Source of the DNA: Dehalococcoidia bacterium
GTDB lineage: Bacteria; Chloroflexota; Dehalococcoidia; Lucifugimonadales; SHYF01
Reading direction: 5' to 3'
Length of the DNA stretch: 64,000 nucleotides
Assembly (NCBI GenBank): GCA_965248595.1
Contig: CBDFJM010000005.1
Coordinates: forward strand, 66,400 to 130,399
Of this stretch, positions 9,767 to 18,685 are shown one piece after another (position 1 is the first letter of the stretch; each line of letters opens with the position of its first letter). A program made the position numbers and the translations under genes. The notes beneath the pieces are model-generated. The model saw nothing but the letters and a program-made list of their open reading frames with translations, was not told the origin of the DNA and ran no database searches.

Positions 9767-9821
9767 ATCGCGAACTTCATCTCAATACCCTTCTCCCTTC
9801 AAGGGAAAGGGCAAAAAGGGG

Positions 9822-10001
9822 CTAGCGGCGCAAGCTCTTGCGCCGCTTTGCTGCCGCTTTCTTCTTGCGCCTGACGCTCGGTGATTCGAAGTGTTGCCGT
9901 CTGCGGACCTCTGACATGATGCCTTCCGCCTGTACCTTCTTGTTGAAGCGGCGCAACATGCTCTCGAAGGTTTCGCCATCGGCCAGTATTACACTAGACA
10001 A
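9822..10001 (-). CDS. rpsU: 30S ribosomal protein S21
   Basis: Not in the ORF track (59 codons, TTG start). My translation: (M)SSVILADGETFESMLRRFNKKVQAEGIMSEVRRRQHFESPSVRRKKKAAAKRRKSLRR*. AGGAGG lies 7 nt upstream of the TTG. Track ORF 9782..9979 is an out-of-frame shadow of this gene. Confidence 0.9.
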   Translation of the reverse strand: MSSVILADGETFESMLRRFNKKVQAEGIMSEVRRRQHFESPSVRRKKKAAAKRRKSLRR

Positions 10002-10072
10002 GCATTCCCCTCCTAATCTGAACGGGAAAGGTCAGGACATGTTCCTGGAAACGGAACGGCGTCCGATATGGA

Positions 10073-10101
10073 ATCATAAATCAGCGCATAAGTGGTGTCA
10101 A
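10073..10101 (-). promoter_or_regulatory. sigma70-like promoter for rpsU-yqeY
   Basis: On the minus strand: TTGACA (10101..10096), a 17-nt spacer, then TATGAT (10078..10073). About 70 nt upstream of the rpsU start. Confidence 0.55.
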
Positions 10102-10162
10102 GGTACGTGGCGGCCATGGGTGGTAGCTCAAGGTGACGCCGAAGCACGGATGTCGCAATGAC

Positions 10163-11218
10163 TCAGCTGGCGGTCGATTGAGCTTTGAGCCAGCCCTTGG
10201 TGTGAAGCACATTCCACGCGAGTTCGATTTGTTGCTTAGAGAAGAGACGCTTTCGATCACTCCATGCATACGTTCTGGTCACCACATCGTTAAGATTGGT
10301 GGCACCTTCCCTGGTAGCAATCCAGTGAACAGTCGCCAGCAGTTCAAGCCCGAATGGCGTTTCGAAGCCTTGCACTAGATCCGCCACACGATCGAAGCGA
10401 TCGCGAGTGAGACGATGACTTGCAAGTAATTGCTCTGCATCCTCCACAGCTCCTGGAACGAGCTCGATTTGCTTGTCAGGTGCATCACCACCGGCTCCGT
10501 ACCCAGCAATCAGATGTCCTTCGATGCGGGTCAACACTTGCCTGAGGTTTTCCGAATATGGGCCGTAGGTAGCTTTGACGTAGGCAAGTTTTAGCGGTTC
10601 GCCCGCCTCCTGCATGAAGTACATGAGCTTGTGCAACTCCAGTAGAGAGGCATATGGGTCCATCAGCCCTCCAAGGTATCGGTGGAGAAGTCCCACCAAG
10701 GCAGCTCGCCCAGGCGTCATTCGCGGAACCTCGGTGGACTTGGCCATCTCCTTAGGGTTCGGCGCTCCCAAAGGTTCGAAGACAATCGCCTTCAGATCCT
10801 GCACTTCGTCCAGAGCTCGAACAATGAGGGGTCGGACATCGTTCCAATCCAGTCCACCTAGCCCACTCGCCAGTGGCGGAATCGCGATCGAGCGAATTCG
10901 CAGGCGTTTGATCTCGGCCACCAATGCTGGCAGTCCGGCTTTGATGTCAGCTAGTCGACTCTTCCCGCGCCAATGCCGCTTGGTGGGGAAGTTGATGACA
11001 TAACGAGGATTAGTGAGGCGATGCGTCTCGAACACGAACATGCGTCCCGGTTGAACCTCACCTCGTTTGCAGGCAACTTCATACGCGTGGAAGTTGTCTG
11101 GGAACACGTTCCGGAATTGCAATGCGATACCGCGCCCCATGATGCCAACGCAATTCACAGTGTTGACCAATGCTTCGACATCAGCCGTAAGGATGTCCCC
11201 TTGCTTGAATTCGATCAT
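10163..11218 (-). CDS. darG: DarG antitoxin (macrodomain DNA ADP-ribosyl glycohydrolase with C-terminal DarT-binding domain)
   Basis: MIEFKQGDILTADVEALVNTVNCVGIMGRGIALQF is a canonical macrodomain N-terminus. It lies immediately downstream of a DarT gene. I prefer ATG 11218 (GAAGGGG upstream) over the track start at 11245. Confidence 0.9.
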   Translation of the reverse strand: MIEFKQGDILTADVEALVNTVNCVGIMGRGIALQFRNVFPDNFHAYEVACKRGEVQPGRMFVFETHRLTNPRYVINFPTKRHWRGKSRLADIKAGLPALVAEIKRLRIRSIAIPPLASGLGGLDWNDVRPLIVRALDEVQDLKAIVFEPLGAPNPKEMAKSTEVPRMTPGRAALVGLLHRYLGGLMDPYASLLELHKLMYFMQEAGEPLKLAYVKATYGPYSENLRQVLTRIEGHLIAGYGAGGDAPDKQIELVPGAVEDAEQLLASHRLTRDRFDRVADLVQGFETPFGLELLATVHWIATREGATNLNDVVTRTYAWSDRKRLFSKQQIELAWNVLHTKGWLKAQSTAS

Positions 11219-11232
11219 TGTGTGCCCCTTCG

Positions 11233-11880
11233 CTAGTAATACCAATCACGCATTAGCGCGAGTGCGGGCTTGTGGGAAGCTGACTCGATGGCTTTGCGTG
11301 CCGCGGCCTGAACCTCTCTTGAATAACTGCCAATTCGGGTCACCAGCGGCCAAGGGAAAGACGTGTGGACGAGGAACTCGGCTTGCTTAGCTTCTTTGAC
11401 ATCAGGAGCCTGGAAATCGGGATTCGCAATCGCTGCCCAATCGAGCCGGTCTAGTCCTGAGACGCTGCAGTCGAACTCAGTGTAATAGGCGCCTGCGTTG
11501 GAGAGACTAAAAGCCCAAGGGCGGTTTACGCTGTTCGCCCATGCAACCACAGAATGAAGGTTCGCCTCGAGATGGACAATCTCACCTTGGCCGCCTCTGA
11601 ATGCCAAATCTGGATGGTTGCCTCGATATATCAAGTACAACATGACTGAGCGGGGGCAGAAAAAGAAGGGCACATAGTCCCCAACACGGGTTCCGTGGTG
11701 ACACGGTACGGGAAGTGCGAGCCTGCGCTTCTTGATTTCCGACATACCGATGATCACGGAAGGCCCACCGCGACTGATCATGGTAGCGTCTGACATTAGG
11801 TCGCCATCACTAACGATTGACGGCAGGTTGTCAATATGAGTGATATGATAGAGCAAAGGCTGAGTGGGAGGTGGACTCAC
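11233..11880 (-). CDS. darT: DarT toxin (DUF4433 ssDNA thymidine ADP-ribosyltransferase)
   Basis: LLYHITHIDNLPSIV, DYVPFFFCPRSVMLY, KQAEFLVHTSFPW and the C-terminal MRDWYY match the conserved blocks of characterised DarT proteins, including the catalytic Glu in AEFLV. Confidence 0.92.
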   Translation of the reverse strand: MSPPPTQPLLYHITHIDNLPSIVSDGDLMSDATMISRGGPSVIIGMSEIKKRRLALPVPCHHGTRVGDYVPFFFCPRSVMLYLIYRGNHPDLAFRGGQGEIVHLEANLHSVVAWANSVNRPWAFSLSNAGAYYTEFDCSVSGLDRLDWAAIANPDFQAPDVKEAKQAEFLVHTSFPWPLVTRIGSYSREVQAAARKAIESASHKPALALMRDWYY

Positions 11881-11978
11881 GGCATCTTCTGCTCTGGAGG
11901 AAACGACTATCTAGCTGGAGGCTCACAGTTACTATCGCGCGAGCACAAGTCATAGCTCGACCAACCCCAACTTGCGTT

Positions 11979-12008
11979 AGTATACGACGTTAGTTTTGGT
12001 TCTGGCAA
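11979..12008 (-). promoter_or_regulatory. candidate promoter for darTG
   Basis: On the minus strand: TTGCCA (12008..12003), an 18-nt spacer, then TATACT (11984..11979). About 100 nt upstream of the darT start. Confidence 0.35.
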
Positions 12009-12124
12009 TGGGGAACATCCAGACCGAATTCACGGAATATGCAACGTGCACTGGCGTTCGCTATTATCTCAATCAACTCAATTTAGGACACTAAGGGCAA
12101 AGCGGCTTTGCTGACCTCTGTGCA

Positions 12125-12706
12125 TCAAGATTGTCCGGCCTGCAGCAATAGGTAGTTTCTGGCCTCCACGGAGGCTGGGTGCAGAAGGCTTCCACTCTTC
12201 AGCAGCAGGGCAATCTCCCTGGTCAGGTAGTCTGCTGCTGCGGTTTCCAGGCTTTCTTTAGCTGTCTCTGCCAGCCCCATGAGCCAGGGGGACCTCCTTG
12301 CTTTCACGGGTTCCAGCTTATCCGCCAGGAACACCACAAGGCCAACATTTCCCATGCCTGGGCAAGCGGTGGAATGCCACTGGATGGCCTCCAGCACCTC
12401 CACGTCGGTGATGATGCCGAGATGCCGCAGCCTTTGCGCCGCCAGAGGGCCGTGCAGCAAAATAGGCACCTGTTCCTCCACGGGATGCACGTCATGGCCA
12501 GTGGCGCGGGCCTGTTCCAGTAGTTCACGGTCGGGGGTGGCGCGGAGCAGGTCATGACCCAGGGCGGCGAGTTCCACCTTTCGGGAGTCTACGTTGTGCC
12601 TGGATGCCAGCTCCAGCGCCATATCTCGTGTCCGGTGCAGATGGTCTTGGAGGCCGGCAGGCAGGACCTGGATCAGGCCTTGCAGCCGGGAAAGCGCATC
12701 ATCCAT
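12125..12706 (-). CDS. yqeK: HD-domain protein YqeK (bis(5'-nucleosyl)-tetraphosphatase-like)
   Basis: HLHRTRDMALELA...LGHDLLR...LHGPLAA...IQWHSTA...FLADKLEP matches the YqeK HD family. I prefer the start at MDDALSRL (12706), which avoids overlapping the HIT gene. Confidence 0.75.
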   Translation of the reverse strand: MDDALSRLQGLIQVLPAGLQDHLHRTRDMALELASRHNVDSRKVELAALGHDLLRATPDRELLEQARATGHDVHPVEEQVPILLHGPLAAQRLRHLGIITDVEVLEAIQWHSTACPGMGNVGLVVFLADKLEPVKARRSPWLMGLAETAKESLETAAADYLTREIALLLKSGSLLHPASVEARNYLLLQAGQS

Positions 12707-12716
12707 GGATGGCGTG

Positions 12717-13058
12717 CTAGCCCAGGGCGGGCAGCAGCTTCCCTCCCAGCACATGGAGGTGCAGATGGTCAACGTGCTGGCCGGCATTGCGGCCCTGGTT
12801 AATGACCAGTCGAAATCCAGTGCGCGTTGCCCCTTCGAGGCGCGCCATCTCCTGGGCGGTACTAAACAGATGCCCCACCAGGGACTCCTGGTCGGGTGCG
12901 AGACCGGCCAGGGAGGTAACGTGCTGGTTTGGAATCACCAGCAGATGAGTGGGGGCTGACGGATTTATGTCTCGGATTACGAAACACCGGTCATCTTGGA
13001 ACAGTATCTGGGCTGGAGTTTGTCTTTTGCCTATGCTACAAAAAATGCAACCGGCCAT
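12717..13058 (-). CDS. HIT-family (histidine triad) nucleotide hydrolase
   Basis: CIFCSI...PSAPTHLLVIPNQH...HVDHLHLHVLGG carries the HxHxHxx triad. The start is probably MAGCIFC. Confidence 0.9.
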   Translation of the reverse strand: MAGCIFCSIGKRQTPAQILFQDDRCFVIRDINPSAPTHLLVIPNQHVTSLAGLAPDQESLVGHLFSTAQEMARLEGATRTGFRLVINQGRNAGQHVDHLHLHVLGGKLLPALG

Positions 13059-13187
13059 TGCTGTGCTGTCCTTTCGTTGCATGGCACCAAGTGGCTACGA
13101 GTCCATTGCCACGGCCTCAACTCTGGTGGTTCGGCGTCATGGAAGCGGTTTGCAGACCCCGCCACGCCAAGGGCGTCGTGGATGGCT

Positions 13188-13424
13188 TTACCTGCCAACT
13201 GCTAGGCAGGTGATGGTGCGCTGGATGCCGCCGATGGTGTGGATGTGGCTCGTGACCAGGCTACCGACGGAATTTAGGTCTGGCGCTTCCAGCACCGCTA
13301 TGATGTCATAGGGCCCTGTCACCACGTCCACGGACGTAATGCTCTCAATGCCCCGCAGGGCGGCAATCACTTCGCGACTCTTTCCCACGGCGGTCTCAAT
13401 CAGGATGAAAGCCTTGGTTGCCAC
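13188..13424 (-). CDS. Lrp/AsnC ligand-binding (RAM) domain-only protein
   Basis: 78 aa. KAFILIETAVGKSREVIAALRGIESITSVDVVTGPYDIIAVLEA is the typical AsnC_trans_reg domain pattern without an HTH. Confidence 0.6.
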   Translation of the reverse strand: MATKAFILIETAVGKSREVIAALRGIESITSVDVVTGPYDIIAVLEAPDLNSVGSLVTSHIHTIGGIQRTITCLAVGR

Positions 13425-13638
13425 TCCACACCTCCTTAGCTTGTTTCCTGTCCATCGTTAGCGACTGGCTAAGCTGGGCGTCCCGCTGGCTCATTCTAGT
13501 TTAGCTGTTGAAGACCTGTCAATTTCAGGAATGGGCACCCTTGCCGCATGTTGAAAATGCACCACCAATGTGCTAGCGTAGCTTGGTGAAATTCTTCACG
13601 GTGTCTTGTGCCTCGCTATCCTACCTAAAGGATGGAGA

Positions 13639-14085
13639 ATGCTAGCCCTTACCAACCGACTGATATTCGAAACAACGCGGGCGCCTGAGTTCATTGACAT
13701 AACTGAAAGAGTGGTGGAGTTTGTCGGCGGCACGGGCATCAAGAACGGCGTTGTGGTGGTATTCTCCAAGCACACCACGGCCGCTATCAAGATCAACGAG
13801 AACGAACCATTGTTGCTCCAAGACATGGAGCGGTTCCTGGAGCGACTGGCCTCCCGGAACGGTGACTACCAGCATAACGACTTCACCCTGCGCACCGTCA
13901 ACATGACGGACGACGAGTGCCCCAACGGGCACGCTCATTGCCAGCATCTGCTCATGAGCACCAGCGAGACCATCCCAATAGTGGATGGGGAGTTGCAACT
14001 GGGTCGCTGGCAGAGCGTGTTTCTGGTCGAGTTGGACATGCCGCGGGCCAGGGAGGTGGTCCTCCAGGTCCTGGGGGAGTATTAA
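13639..14085 (+). CDS. yjbQ: YjbQ/UPF0047 family protein (secondary thiamine-phosphate synthase)
   Basis: FIDITERV...NGVVVVFSKHTTAAIKINENEPLLLQD...NGHAHCQHLLMSTSETIPIVDGELQLGRWQSVFLVELD is characteristic. ATG 13639 follows GGATGGAG. Confidence 0.85.
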   Translation: MLALTNRLIFETTRAPEFIDITERVVEFVGGTGIKNGVVVVFSKHTTAAIKINENEPLLLQDMERFLERLASRNGDYQHNDFTLRTVNMTDDECPNGHAHCQHLLMSTSETIPIVDGELQLGRWQSVFLVELDMPRAREVVLQVLGEY

Positions 14086-14141
14086 CTGCTTGGCCTCTCG
14101 GCCCTTTGCTGGTTGGATCAATTCAAGAATGGCACACCACG

Positions 14142-14197
14142 TTGACGCGTAGTGCCCTGGGTGGTAGACTAATTGTTGACTAACTTGGTCAACAATT
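14142..14197 (+). promoter_or_regulatory. candidate suf promoter (TTGACG-17-TAGACT) abutting a perfect 10-bp inverted repeat (operator-like)
   Basis: TTGACG at 14142..14147 and TAGACT at 14165..14170. Palindrome AATTGTTGAC taacttg GTCAACAATT at 14171..14197. About 210 nt upstream of sufB. Confidence 0.45.
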
Positions 14198-14407
14198 ACT
14201 GTTCGGTATTTACCGCTCAAAAACGCCTGGCTTTAGCACTTCCATGCTCAGAGTTTGTGAAGAAACCACGGACTCGGCATACAATGGGGCTGTGTACCAG
14301 ATTGCCACGGACGGAGCCACCCTCGCAATGACAACCTCCTCACAAGCTCTAAAGGTTGGCCGAAAAGGTTACTAGCTTTGAAGGAGACAGGCCTGCAAAA
14401 GGAGAGC

Positions 14408-15865
14408 ATGACTACCACCAACAGGGAAGTTAAAGAGGTAGCCAGCCAAGCATATCAGTACGGATGGGTCACACCCATCGAGTCTGATACAGCACCCCGT
14501 GGACTGAACGAGGATACCATCCGGTGGATCTCCGCCAAGAAGAACGAGCCTGAGTTTTTACTGGAGTGGCGACTCAAGGCGTACCGCCATTTCATGACCC
14601 TTCTCCAAAAAGAGCAGTTGCCGGGGTGGGCCAACGTCCACTACCCCTCCATAGATTTCCAGGACATCATCTACTACTCCGCGCCCAAGACCAGGGAGAA
14701 GCTCAACAGCCTGGACGAGGTGGACCCGGAGCTACTGAATGCGTACGAGAAGCTGGGTATCCCTCTGGGAGAGCAGAAGAGAATGGCAGGCGTCGCGGTG
14801 GATGCCATCTTTGATAGCGTGTCCATTGCCACTACCTTCAAAGAGGAGCTGGGCAAGCACGGTGTCATCTTCTGCTCCTTCTCCGAGGCGGTGCAGAACC
14901 ACCCGGAGCTGGTCCAGAAATACCTGGGCTCCGTTGTGCCGTACACCGATAACTTCTATGCGGCCCTGAACGCCGCAGTCTTCTCCGATGGCTCTTTCTG
15001 TTACGTTCCCAAGGGGGTGCACTGCCCATTGGAGCTGACCACCTACTTCCGTATAAATGCCCAAGGCTCCGGCCAGTTCGAGCGGACACTGATCGTTGCG
15101 GACGAGGGCAGCTATGTAAGCTATTTGGAGGGGTGCAGCGCGCCCATGCGGGACGAGAACCAGCTCCACGCCGCCGTGGTGGAGTTAGTTACCTTGGACA
15201 ACGCCGAGATCAAGTACTCCACCATCCAGAACTGGTATCCAGGCGATGAAGAGGGCAAGGGCGGCATCTTCAACTTCGTAACCAAGCGCGGCAAATGCTC
15301 GGGGCGTAACTCGAAGATATCCTGGACCCAGGTTGAGACAGGCGCGGCCATCACCTGGAAGTATCCCAGCGTTATACTTCAGGGCGACAACTCAGTGGGC
15401 GAGTTCTACTCGGTTGCGCTGACCAAGGGATACCAGCAGGCCGACACCGGCAGCAAGATGACCCATATAGGCAAGAACACCCGCAGCACAATAATCGCCA
15501 AGACTATTTCCGCCGGCCACGGCAACGGCACGTATCGAGGCCTGGTCAAGGTGATGCCCAGGGCCACCAACTCCTGGAACTTCACTCAGTGCGACTCGCT
15601 GCTGCTGGGCAACAGTTGCGGCGCTCACACCGCGCCATACGTGGAGGTTCGCAACAACTCCTCGCACCTGGAGCACGAGGCGTTCACCTCCAAGGTGAGC
15701 GAGGAGCAGCTCTTCTACAGCAACCAGCGGGGGATCTCCTTGGAGGAGGCCCACCGGCTCATCATCAACGGCTTTTGCAAAGAGGTGTTCAAACAGCTGC
15801 CGTTTGAGTTCGCGGTGGAGGCTACCAGGCTCCTGGAGATGAACCTGGAAGGGACTGTGGGGTAG
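14408..15865 (+). CDS. sufB: Fe-S cluster assembly protein SufB
   Basis: Full-length SufB-like sequence (...[13 protein letters not shown]...IQNWYPG...). ATG 14408 with AAGGAGAG upstream is preferred over the TTG at 14378. Confidence 0.95.
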   Translation: MTTTNREVKEVASQAYQYGWVTPIESDTAPRGLNEDTIRWISAKKNEPEFLLEWRLKAYRHFMTLLQKEQLPGWANVHYPSIDFQDIIYYSAPKTREKLNSLDEVDPELLNAYEKLGIPLGEQKRMAGVAVDAIFDSVSIATTFKEELGKHGVIFCSFSEAVQNHPELVQKYLGSVVPYTDNFYAALNAAVFSDGSFCYVPKGVHCPLELTTYFRINAQGSGQFERTLIVADEGSYVSYLEGCSAPMRDENQLHAAVVELVTLDNAEIKYSTIQNWYPGDEEGKGGIFNFVTKRGKCSGRNSKISWTQVETGAAITWKYPSVILQGDNSVGEFYSVALTKGYQQADTGSKMTHIGKNTRSTIIAKTISAGHGNGTYRGLVKVMPRATNSWNFTQCDSLLLGNSCGAHTAPYVEVRNNSSHLEHEAFTSKVSEEQLFYSNQRGISLEEAHRLIINGFCKEVFKQLPFEFAVEATRLLEMNLEGTVG

Positions 15866-15874
15866 ATAGTAGCT

Positions 15875-16642
15875 ATGCTAGAAGTAACCGATCTCCACGC
15901 CTCGATAGGAGGCGTGGAGATATTGAAGGGTATCAATCTCCGGGTAAACGCTGGAGAGGTCCACGCCATCATGGGGCCCAACGGGTCTGGCAAGAGCACC
16001 CTGGCCTACGTGCTGGCCGGGCATTCTTCTTACAAGGCTACATCTGGTCGTGCGTTCTTCGAAGGGAAGGACCTGCTGACCATGCTGCCTGAAAACAGGG
16101 CCAGGGCGGGCCTTTTCCTTTCATTCCAGCACCCCACCGAGGTGCCAGGGGTGCGGTTGGACGAGTTCATGCGCGCAGGATTCAACGCCGTCCGCAAGAG
16201 CCGTGGTGTGCCGGAGATGGGAGTGCTTGACTTCAACAAACATCTCGCCGGCAAGCTGGGCATCGTGGGGATGGACGCCGCATTCACTAGGCGCTACGTT
16301 AATGAAGGGTTCTCCGGCGGCGAGAAGAAGCGCGGAGAGATACTTCAGATGGCTATCCTGGATCCCAGGCTGGCTATTCTGGACGAGACGGACTCGGGCC
16401 TGGATGTGGATGCTCTCCGCGAGGTTGCCCTGGGAATAAACCAGCTTAGGCGCGCTGACAATGCCATCCTTCTGATCACTCACTACCAGCGCATTCTTAA
16501 CTACGTCGTGCCGGATGTAATCCACGTGCTCATCAATGGCCGCATCGTGAAGTCCGGCGGCAAAGAGATGGCTCTGGAGATAGAAACCGAAGGCTACGAC
16601 AAGTACGAGGATACGGCCAAGGCCCTGAGCGAAGGCTCTTAA
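15875..16642 (+). CDS. sufC: Fe-S cluster assembly ATPase SufC
   Basis: Walker A GPNGSGKST, the signature FSGGEKKR and Walker B LAILDETDSGLD. Lies between sufB and sufD. Confidence 0.95.
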   Translation: MLEVTDLHASIGGVEILKGINLRVNAGEVHAIMGPNGSGKSTLAYVLAGHSSYKATSGRAFFEGKDLLTMLPENRARAGLFLSFQHPTEVPGVRLDEFMRAGFNAVRKSRGVPEMGVLDFNKHLAGKLGIVGMDAAFTRRYVNEGFSGGEKKRGEILQMAILDPRLAILDETDSGLDVDALREVALGINQLRRADNAILLITHYQRILNYVVPDVIHVLINGRIVKSGGKEMALEIETEGYDKYEDTAKALSEGS

Positions 16643-16656
16643 AGGCTTCCACAGGT

Positions 16657-18012
16657 ATGACCCAGCAACACCAGATTCAGCAAGAGAACTATCTTGCAGA
16701 CTTTCGTTCCTTCCAGAAGAACGGCGCCGCAGGAGACCCGGGGTGGGTTCACCAGCTTCGTGAAGCTGCCATGGCCCGTTTCAACGTTCTGGGGTTCCCT
16801 GTTGCCCGGCGTGGCAACGAGGAGTGGAAGTACACGGATATTCGCCCCATAGCCAGGACCCATTTCCAGCCAGTCCATGCTTCTGCTCCGCTTGTATTGA
16901 CGCTCCAGCAGATGGACAGGCTCACCTTCGGCAAGCCTGAATGGAGCAGGATCGTCTTTGTGGATGGGGTGTACAGCCAGGAGCTGTCCCGCCTGACCTC
17001 TCTGCCTGCGGGAGTGAGTGTGGTTAGGCTTGCTGAGGCCATGGTCACGCGGGAGGCGCTGGTAAAGCAACATGTGGCCCGCTACGCCCCGTATGAAAGC
17101 GACGCCTTCACGGCGCTGAACACGGCCTTTGTCCACGATGGCGCATTGGTGCAGATAGGTGATGGGGCCGTAGCGGATGAGCCGGTGCATCTCCTGTTTC
17201 TATCCACAGGCCGCCAGCAGGACACAGTCACGTACCCACGGGTGCTTATACTCACAGGCAAGGACAGCAAGGCTACTGTCATTGAGAGCTACAGTGCTCT
17301 GGATGAAGGCCAGTCCTTCACCAACGCCGTTACCGAGGTGCGGATGGGGTCTGGCTCCATACTAGAGTACTACAAGGTGCAGATGCAGAGCCACCAGACC
17401 TTTCACGTTTCCAACACCAATGTATCCAACTCCAACGGAGCCTCCTTCTCCTCGGTCAACCTGGACCTTGGAGGTGGGCTGGTCAGGAACAACCTCAACG
17501 TCCTCATGGGCGAGGAGGGATGTTCCTGCACACTCAACGGCCTGTACCTGCTCAATGGAACGCAGCATGTGGACAATCAGGTTATCATTGACCACACCAG
17601 CTCCTATACCACGACTAACGAGCTGTACAAGGGGATTCTGGATGGAAAATCGCACTCCGTGTTCCATGGCAGTATCATAGTGCGCGAGGGAATTCAGAAG
17701 GTGAATGCTAATCAGGTTGACAAAAACTTGCTCCTTTCTGACCAGGCGGAGGCGGACACCAAGCCAGCCTTTTGGATATATTCCGACGACGTGAAATGCG
17801 GCCACGGTGCTGCCTGCGGGCAGATGGACGAGAGTGCGCTGTTCTACCTGAAGAGCCGGGGCATGGACGACAATCTCGCTCGCCGCGTGCTGACGCGGGC
17901 TTTCGCGACTCAGATTATAGACAGCATTGACAACGAAGCCTTGCGTGTTGCGGTGGACCAGATAGTCCAGGGCAAGATTAAAGAATGGTTGGAGGCCGGC
18001 GAAAGCCGTTGA
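16657..18012 (+). CDS. sufD: Fe-S cluster assembly protein SufD
   Basis: 451 aa with a SufB/SufD beta-helix C-terminal region (...DTKPAFWIYSDDVKCGHGAACG...LFYLKSRG...). Position in the operon supports the call. Confidence 0.9.
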   Translation: MTQQHQIQQENYLADFRSFQKNGAAGDPGWVHQLREAAMARFNVLGFPVARRGNEEWKYTDIRPIARTHFQPVHASAPLVLTLQQMDRLTFGKPEWSRIVFVDGVYSQELSRLTSLPAGVSVVRLAEAMVTREALVKQHVARYAPYESDAFTALNTAFVHDGALVQIGDGAVADEPVHLLFLSTGRQQDTVTYPRVLILTGKDSKATVIESYSALDEGQSFTNAVTEVRMGSGSILEYYKVQMQSHQTFHVSNTNVSNSNGASFSSVNLDLGGGLVRNNLNVLMGEEGCSCTLNGLYLLNGTQHVDNQVIIDHTSSYTTTNELYKGILDGKSHSVFHGSIIVREGIQKVNANQVDKNLLLSDQAEADTKPAFWIYSDDVKCGHGAACGQMDESALFYLKSRGMDDNLARRVLTRAFATQIIDSIDNEALRVAVDQIVQGKIKEWLEAGESR

Positions 18013-18019
18013 CGGAGCT

Positions 18020-18514
18020 ATGGCAATACAACCGCCCGGTGGAAAAGCTGGCGGCATTGATGATCTCTACCAGGACATCCTGGTGGAGCACTATAAGCGC
18101 CCGCGGCATTACAAGCTTCTGGAAGACCCCGAACTAATGTCGGAAGGGTTCAATCCCTTCTGTGGCGACCGGGTGATTTTCACGGCTCGACTGGATGACA
18201 CTGGACGTATCAGCGGCGTTGGGTTCACCGGACAGGGATGCGCCATCAGCCAGGCCTCAGCGTCCATGATGACGGATGTTCTTCAGGGTCTGACCCTGGA
18301 GGAGGTCGGGGATGTGGTAGGCCGGTTCAGGGCCATGATGCAGGGCAAAGAGTTGAGTGACACGGAAAAGGATGCCATGAAAGACCTGGTAGTCCTGGAG
18401 GGGGTCAAGCAATTCCCCGTTCGGATCAAGTGCGCCCTGCTGGCCTGGAGCACCCTGCAAGATGCCTTGACGGAGTACAGCAAGAGTCGAAATAAAATGG
18501 AGGCCTCGACGTAG
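18020..18514 (+). CDS. sufU: SUF-system sulfur-transfer scaffold SufU (NifU/IscU-like)
   Basis: YQDILVEHYKRPRH...NPFCGDRV...GQGCAISQASASMMT...VRIKCALLAW contains the three conserved Cys residues of SufU. Confidence 0.9.
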   Translation: MAIQPPGGKAGGIDDLYQDILVEHYKRPRHYKLLEDPELMSEGFNPFCGDRVIFTARLDDTGRISGVGFTGQGCAISQASASMMTDVLQGLTLEEVGDVVGRFRAMMQGKELSDTEKDAMKDLVVLEGVKQFPVRIKCALLAWSTLQDALTEYSKSRNKMEAST

Positions 18515-18568
18515 CAGGCTGTGGACAAGGGGAGTCCAGAGGGGGAAGCCCCGGAGCTCCGATCAAAG

Positions 18569-18671
18569 GTCGAGAGTCTCGACGAAGTCGGACCTGCCCT
18601 GAGCGAAACCGAAGGGATGGGGGTTTGGGGTCCGATGAGCGAAGCCCATTGAGACTCTCGACAAAGTCGGA
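18569..18671. repeat. dispersed repeat element in the sufU-sufS spacer
   Basis: Palindrome GTCGAGAgTCTCGAC at 18569..18583. Direct repeats TCTCGAC(G/A)AAGTCGGA at 18577..18592 and 18656..18671. The 28-nt block 18627..18654 is shared with 7477..7504. Confidence 0.7.
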
Positions 18672-18685
18672 AGGGATGGTCGCCT

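Noticed and set aside
9782-9979. 65-aa Arg/Ala-rich ORF from the track
   Set aside because: It is an out-of-frame overlap of the real rpsU gene (9822..10001), which has a strong SD and unmistakable S21 sequence.
14171-14197. Calling the suf-upstream palindrome a SufR box
   Set aside because: It shares GTTG/CAAC tetranucleotides, but their order and spacing differ from the described CAAC-n6-GTTG site, and no sufR gene is nearby. It is kept only as a generic operator candidate.
13642-14220. 192-aa minus-strand ORF
   Set aside because: It is antisense to the well-conserved yjbQ gene. It is a shadow ORF.
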